From the NCBI GenBank assembly GCA_038087875.1, contig CM075993.1, positions 3,970,001 to 4,034,000 of the forward strand: 64,000 bases of DNA. Reading direction: 5' to 3'. How positions within the stretch are numbered: position 1 is the first letter of the stretch; each line of letters begins with the position of its first letter. The translations under genes and the position numbers were made by a program. Shown here piece after piece: positions 58,338 to 64,000 of the stretch. Source of the DNA: Malacoraja senta. Its lineage: Eukaryota. The notes below the pieces were generated by a model. It was not told where the DNA came from. It saw only the letters and a list, made by a program, of their open reading frames with translations, and searched no databases.

Positions 58338-59378
58338 TAGGTATGTTACAATACTTACCCTCAGCGGCGCTGTAATTCTGCCACTGGCCGTGTGCGCGAT
58401 TTTGGCGCCTTTAAGGGGGGGCGGGGTTAAAACGCGGGTTTCTCCTACCTTGTCCTGTATTATATTTCGTTGGAGTACAAGCGTTTGCTGAAAAATCGTT
58501 CCTAGGGGCGTTTTGTGTATTTTTTATTTTTATTAAATCGACAATGTCAGCGCTGGAGTCATTTTAAAATCAGCTTCTGAAGCCGTCAACGCCGACAACG
58601 GGGACGCATTTCACGTACGGGACAGGTAAACGAAAGTGGTTTCTTTTAATGTATAAAAGTGCTTCTTAAGAAGCCTTTAATTCACATTTTTTCATGCGAA
58701 ACGGTGATTTTATTCCCCGAATTAACGGCAGAATTTTTCATGCCGATACGGGGTTAAATTCACCACAAATGAACGTTCCAAAAGATCGCGTTCCAGAAAA
58801 CCCCACTCGCAAGATGATATAAATGCCCATTAATTTACAGGTATTAAACATTCAATTCCTTCCATTTGGCCTGTAAATCCATGACAATGAGATTTAAAAA
58901 TTATGTTATATTGTGAATTCTTGTGTGAATGTTATTTGGACACTTAGGCTATTTAAAAATGTTAATCTATTCTTAAGAAATTGATAGATGTTTAGATCTA
59001 ATAATTGAATTTTGTAATTAGCTACAATTAGGTAACTAACTAATTATATGCTTTAATTTCATGGCTTCTAAGTAAGATTATTTCATATTTGTTTCAGAAT
59101 GCTTCAATCTATAATAACTGAAAATTTCTTTCAGTTCTCTTAATTTTTAAGAAAGTTATGGGCTTTTGACTGTCCTCGATCACAGCTTTTGTGTTAAGTC
59201 AATGGAAAAGCAATAGGGAACAAGATGCTAATTTCCGAGTATGAAAATGGCCATAACTTTTTTAATACTGAAGATATGAAAGTGAATTAGGTGCAAATTA
59301 AACTTATTTTTATGCTTTATCTGATGGGATAAATTGCAGACTTTATTTTATAAATCTTAAAATTTTGTAACATTGCTA
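58338..59378. mobile_element. Non-autonomous DNA transposon copy 2 (7-bp TSD GATATAG)
   Basis: Collinear and highly similar to 53378-54418; same 1041-bp length; different TSD. Confidence 0.85.
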
Positions 59379-60427
59379 GATATAGTAGATGATAATCTCT
59401 CATTTCCCTCTCCCCTGACTCTCAGTCTGAAGAAGGCTCCTGAAATGTCACCTATTTCTTTTCTCCAGAGATGCTGCCTAACCCGCTGTTCCTCCAGCTT
59501 TTTGTGTCTATCTTTGGTTTAAACCAGCATCTGCAGTTCCTTCCTACACCCTTTCATCAGGGCTGATTGGGGTTGGACTGGCTGGGCTTGTTCTCTTTGC
59601 AACAGATCAGGTTGAGTGGAGATGTAATAGGAATGTAGATCTTAACTCTCCGGGTATTCCCATCTTTTCCTCGGAGATCAATCCACAAACTGCCTTGCGA
59701 GGTCCACCGCCACTTCAAAGCTGAAGTTGTTTTGTTGCTGCACCCCCATTCCCCAAGATAGTGGGAGATATCACAGCACAGAAGAAGGCCATGTGGACTA
59801 TTGAGGAGTCAGTTGGCGTAAATATTGGTTAAACCTGTCAGATCATGCGTCTCTGATTCAAGCAGCTCACCGTGTTTAATTTAGTTTAGTTTAGTTTCGA
59901 GAAACAGCACAGAAACAGGCCCTTCGGCCCACTGACTCTGTGCCGACCAGCAATTCCCTTTCACTAGCACTATCCTAAACACCAGGAACAATTACATTTT
60001 TTTTAAACCAAAGCCAATTAACCTACACAACTGAACGTCTTTGGAGTGTGGGACGAAACCAGAGCACCCGGAGAAAACCCACACGGTCACGGGGAGAATG
60101 GACAAATTCCATCCAGGCAGCACCCGTAGTCAGGATCGAACCCAGGTCTCTGGCGCTGCAAGGCAGCATCTCTACCGTTACGTCACCGTGCCGCCCTGTG
60201 TGACATTGTGTGAGAATGTTTCCGTCAACTCCCCCCCCCACCCCCAGGTTCAGCTCTCTCCTGAAGGAAATCAACCCACACGGGACGAACGGGGTCTATG
60301 CCGCAGAGACCACTTCATCCTGTCGTAATTTGCAAAGAAGGCCAACATGGACAGAGGCAATCTGTGCCCCGACCCAAAACGTTACCTATCTATCCACTCC
60401 AGAGATGCTGCCTGACCTGCTGAGTTA

Positions 60428-60914
60428 AGGGCCTGTCCCACTTGGGCGACATTTTCAGCGACAGCCTGACAAGCGGTTGTCACGGCGTGGTCGGGGCGTG
60501 ACGCGGCGTGGTCGGGGCGTGACATGGGGTGACGCGTGTAGTGTCTCCCTGTCTCCCCTGGATTTTGGGATGTTCAAAACCTCCAGGCGACATCTGGGTG
60601 TCTCATCATGTCGTGCGCCCTGTCACACGCTGATGTACGCTGTGCTGCGGGTGACGCCCGGTGACGCTGACGTTAAATAAACAACTTATTTCTTTAAAAG
60701 TTATTGGTCCTTAGATTTATTGTAGATAAGTTAATTTCCAATGTGATTATTACACTTCGGTGTCACCTTCTTGTGTTGTGAAGGCGGGTGACGCGGAGTG
60801 TCGTAGCTTGACTTGACGGTGGCGCGGAGTGTCGTACAACCTGACGGTGTTTAGGGCGTCAGTCACTGGCGTTTTCCCAGTCGCCGAAAAAAATCGCAAA
60901 GTGGGACAGGCCCT
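60428..60914. mobile_element. Harbinger-like MITE, 487 bp
   Basis: TIR AGGGCCTGTCCCACTT; TSD TTA/TGA inside the host motif GCTGAG-TTA-CTCCAGC. Confidence 0.82.
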
Positions 60915-61094
60915 TGACTCCAGCATTCTGTGTCCTTTTTGTTAGGAGACAAACTTGAGGCCAGGAAAGTAGCTGATGCAACTGGAAGGGGTGTGTGTGC
61001 GCGCTGTGTGTCCCGAGAAGCTGGTGTTAAAATCAACCAGTGAAGGAACGAACTGCAGATGCTGGTTGAAACGGAAGATAGTAGAAAATAATAA

Positions 61095-61615
61095 AGACGA
61101 GGGAGTGGGGGCCCGGAAAACGGAAGTCATTAAAGAGACGAAGGGCGTATGAGGCATCTTGGACAGAGGTCGGGAGGGATTGGACCAGAGGGGGGTTTAA
61201 GCCCCTGTCCCACTTAGGAGACCTAAACAGCAACCTCTGGTGACCTTGCCCGCCACCCAATAAAAAAATCAAGGTCGAGGTGACCTGCAACCTCTTACCA
61301 CCTCCCACACATATGTTGAAAACCTTCATCGACTATGAAGAAAACCGGCTTTGACTAGACCAGCGACTAAAAAATGTTCAATTTAAAAAACGGCAACCTA
61401 TTTTTAGTCGAGGCCGGTTTTAATCACGATGAGAAAATAACAGCAACCTAGATGAAGCCTCGACCACACGGAAACCACTTTCGACCATTAGGGAGAGTGA
61501 CCAAAATCTCCGGTGAACTCATGGAAACCTTGGGTGGTGGGCAAGGTCACCAGAGGTTGCTGTTTAGGTCTCCTAAGTGGGACAGGGGCTTTAATGGAGT
61601 CGAGGTACGTGTGAA
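61095..61615 (-). mobile_element. Penelope-like RT fragment interrupted by the 61200-61590 MITE
   Basis: Rejoined frame TYLDSIK|PPLVQSLPTSVQDASYALRLFNDFRFPGPHSLVF resembles Penelope RT just upstream of motif A. Confidence 0.6.
61200..61590. mobile_element. Harbinger-like MITE, 391 bp, about 61-bp TIR, TTA TSD
   Basis: AGCCCCTGTCCCACTTAGGAGACC...CCACCCAA mirrored with 1 mismatch. Confidence 0.88.
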
Positions 61616-63038
61616 TGGTTTCAGTGGGGCTGGAATAATAAAATAAAGCTGTCAGCTTGTCATAAAACTGCGTGAATTGCTGAGGACACAGACATCAGAG
61701 CAGGAAATGAGGTACATGATATTATCACACATCATTGCCATATCAACGTCTCTCTCTACCTGCACAACTGGCAGCTGCTTATGTACACAACTGCAGCACT
61801 GAGACTAAACATCCCTCGGGGATGCTTCCTGCAGGTTGTATACATTGGAGGAAGGATTTACATCCACACTCCTCAGCGATTTGAAAGCCTTTGAGCTTCG
61901 AGGCAGGAAACATGTTCCCGATGTTGGGGGAGCCCAGAACCAGGGGCCACACAGTTTAAGAATAAGGAGTAAGCCATTTAGAACGGAGACAAGGAAACAC
62001 GTTTTCTCACACAGAGAGTGGTGAGTCTGTGGAATTCTCTGCCTCAGAGGGCGGTGGAGGCAGGTTCTCTGGATGCTTTCAAGAGAGAGCTGGATAGGGC
62101 TCTTAAAGATAGCGGAGTCAGGGGATATGGGGAGAAGGCAGGAACGGGGTACTGATTGGGGATGATCAGCCATGATCACATTGAATGACGGTGCTGGCTC
62201 GAAGGGCCGAATGGCCTACTCCTGCACCTATTGTCTATTGTCTATTGAGCTCTTTACAACCTTATGGATCGCAAAGCCCATGGAGTAGTTCGGAGTACAC
62301 AAGGAACTGCAGGTGCTGGTTTGCAGAAAATGGCACAGAGTGCTGGTGTAACTCAGAGGGGGTCTGACGGCATCACCGGAGAACACGGAAAGATGACGTC
62401 TCGGGTCGGGACCCTTCTTCAGTCGGGCGGCACAGTGGCGCAGCGGTAGAGTTGCTGCCTTACAGCACCAGGGACCCAGGTTCGATCCTGGCTACGGGTG
62501 CTCTCTGCACGGAGTTTGTCCGTTCTCCCTGTGACCGCATAGGTTTTCTCCGGGTGCTCCGGTTTCCTCCCACACACCAAAGACGTACAGGTTTGTAGGT
62601 TAATTGGTTTGGGTAAAAAAAATTGTAAATGTGAATATGTGCGTATGTGTGTAGGAGAGTGCGAGTGTAAGTGGGCGCGGACTCAGTAGGCTGAAGGGGG
62701 CAGTTTTGCCAATGAAATTCTAAAAGTCGCCTATACATGTCGTGCAGAGATGCTGCCTGACCCATCGAGTTACCAGAGGTACACAAAAATGCTGGAGAAA
62801 CTCAGCGGGTGCAGCAGCATCTATGGAGCGAAGGAAATAGGCAACGTTTCGGGCCGAAACCCTTCCGGGTTTCGTCCCGAAACGTTGCCTATTTCCTTCA
62901 GGGTTTCGGCCCGAAACGTTGCCTATTTCCTTCGCTCCATAGATGCTGCTGCACCCGCTGAGTTTCTCCAGCAGGTACACAAAAATGCTGGAGAAACTCA
63001 GCGGGTGCAGCAGCATCTATGGAGCGAAGGAAATAGGT

Positions 63039-63066
63039 AACGTTTCGGGCCGAAACCCTTCTTCAG
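63039..63066 (-). ncRNA. Minimal hammerhead ribozyme-like motif (UUCG-loop variant)
   Basis: Reverse complement reads CUGAAGAAGGGUUUCGGCCCGAAACGUU. Confidence 0.55.
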
Positions 63067-63289
63067 ACTGATAGGTGGTGGGGAGAAGAAAGGAAAAAAG
63101 GAAAAAGGCGGAGGAGGAGCCCGACGGCTGGGGGAGGGGAGGAGACAACCAGATGGCTGATGAAGGGGAGGGGACAGCAAGGGCTAGCAGAATTGGGAGA
63201 ATTCAATTGGGAGAGTTGCCAGAGGAGTAGTCACAGCTGGATATTGGGAACAAGGAGCCCTACTGCTTACAGCAGCTCCAACAAACTTC

Positions 63290-63793
63290 ATTCATTCATT
63301 CATCATCGTTGAGAACATCAGCGACGCAGTGGTGCTGGTTTCCGACTGGAACGGTGACGGATGCACCACACATCTCTGTTCTCCAGTTCCTGTGGACTTC
63401 CGCCGCAGGAAGTATAGGATTTTGGTGTGTGTGTGTGTGTGTGTGCTTTATCATCGTTCCTTACAATGCTACGTACGACAGTGATCGCAACTTCTACTGA
63501 AGTGTGTGGACGGCCGTTGGCTCGCTTGGAGCTCATCCGCCCTTTGACGGGTCTTGTTTTTTGGTCCTGCTGGGGGTCCACAGCCCCCCTCCTCACCTGG
63601 CAAACCAGGTGGGGGAGACGGTTGAGTCGCCGACTATCCGACCATGGAGCGGGTAGCGCGGGGTTACACGGCAATCCCAGCGGAAGTCCGCAGGAACTGG
63701 AGGACAGAGATGTGTGGCGCGTCCGTCACCGTTCCCGTCGGAAACCGGCACCACTGCATCGCTAATGTTTTCAACGATGAAGAATGAATGAAT
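63290..63793. repeat. Long inverted repeat (about 115-bp arms ending in (GAAT)n) enclosing a repeat fragment also present at 44069-44190
   Basis: Arms 63290-63403 and 63680-63793 are imperfect reverse complements. Confidence 0.8.
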
Positions 63794-64000
63794 CTTCTGA
63801 GCCTGGTTAACAAATTCAAGGTGTCTTTTATCACAGGGAAATATAGCCAATTACAACTTTAGGACGGCACGGTGGCGCAGCGGTAGAGTTGCTGCCTTAC
63901 AGCGCTCTCAGCACCAGAGACGAGGGTTCGATCCCGACTACGGGTGCTGTCTGTACGGAGTTTGTACGTTCGCCCCGGGATCTTCGGTTTCCTCCAACAC

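Noticed and set aside
53378..59378. 1-kb segmental duplication or assembly duplication
   Set aside because: Each copy has its own TSD, shared TIRs and scattered substitutions, indicating independent transposition.
63575..63640. HDV-like ribozyme suggested by CCC-TCCTC...GGG
   Set aside because: I could not assemble the P1/P2/P1.1 pseudoknot by eye; needs a descriptor search.

Overview
This is eukaryotic, repeat-rich vertebrate DNA. The repeat repertoire (V-SINE/HE1-like SINEs, CR1/HER1-like LINE tails, Penelope-like elements) points to a cartilaginous fish, probably a skate or ray (inference). Two convergent, tail-to-tail genes are present. The first is a complete 9-exon CYP11A1 (cholesterol side-chain cleavage P450) on the + strand, 5796-28326, 1557 nt spliced, 518 aa, with a TATA/SF-1/CRE-like proximal promoter. 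The second is the 3' coiled-coil exons of CCDC33 on the - strand, about 33684-43384; one exon is a base out of phase, and the upstream and terminal exons are not resolved. The rest is mostly nested mobile DNA. Most notable: (1) many short Penelope-derived repeats carrying a minimal hammerhead-ribozyme core, often as long inverted hairpins; (2) PIF/Harbinger-type MITEs with TWA target duplications, two at the identical site of that repeat; (3) two 1041-bp non-autonomous DNA transposons with 7-bp TSDs; (4) a teleost-like L2 with a nested CORE-type SINE; (5) a 118-bp duplication around a CR1 tail; (6) an inverted intron segment shared by CYP11A1 and CCDC33; (7) candidate Pbx-Hox/Meis/TCF enhancer modules. 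All calls were made by eye and no database searches were run.
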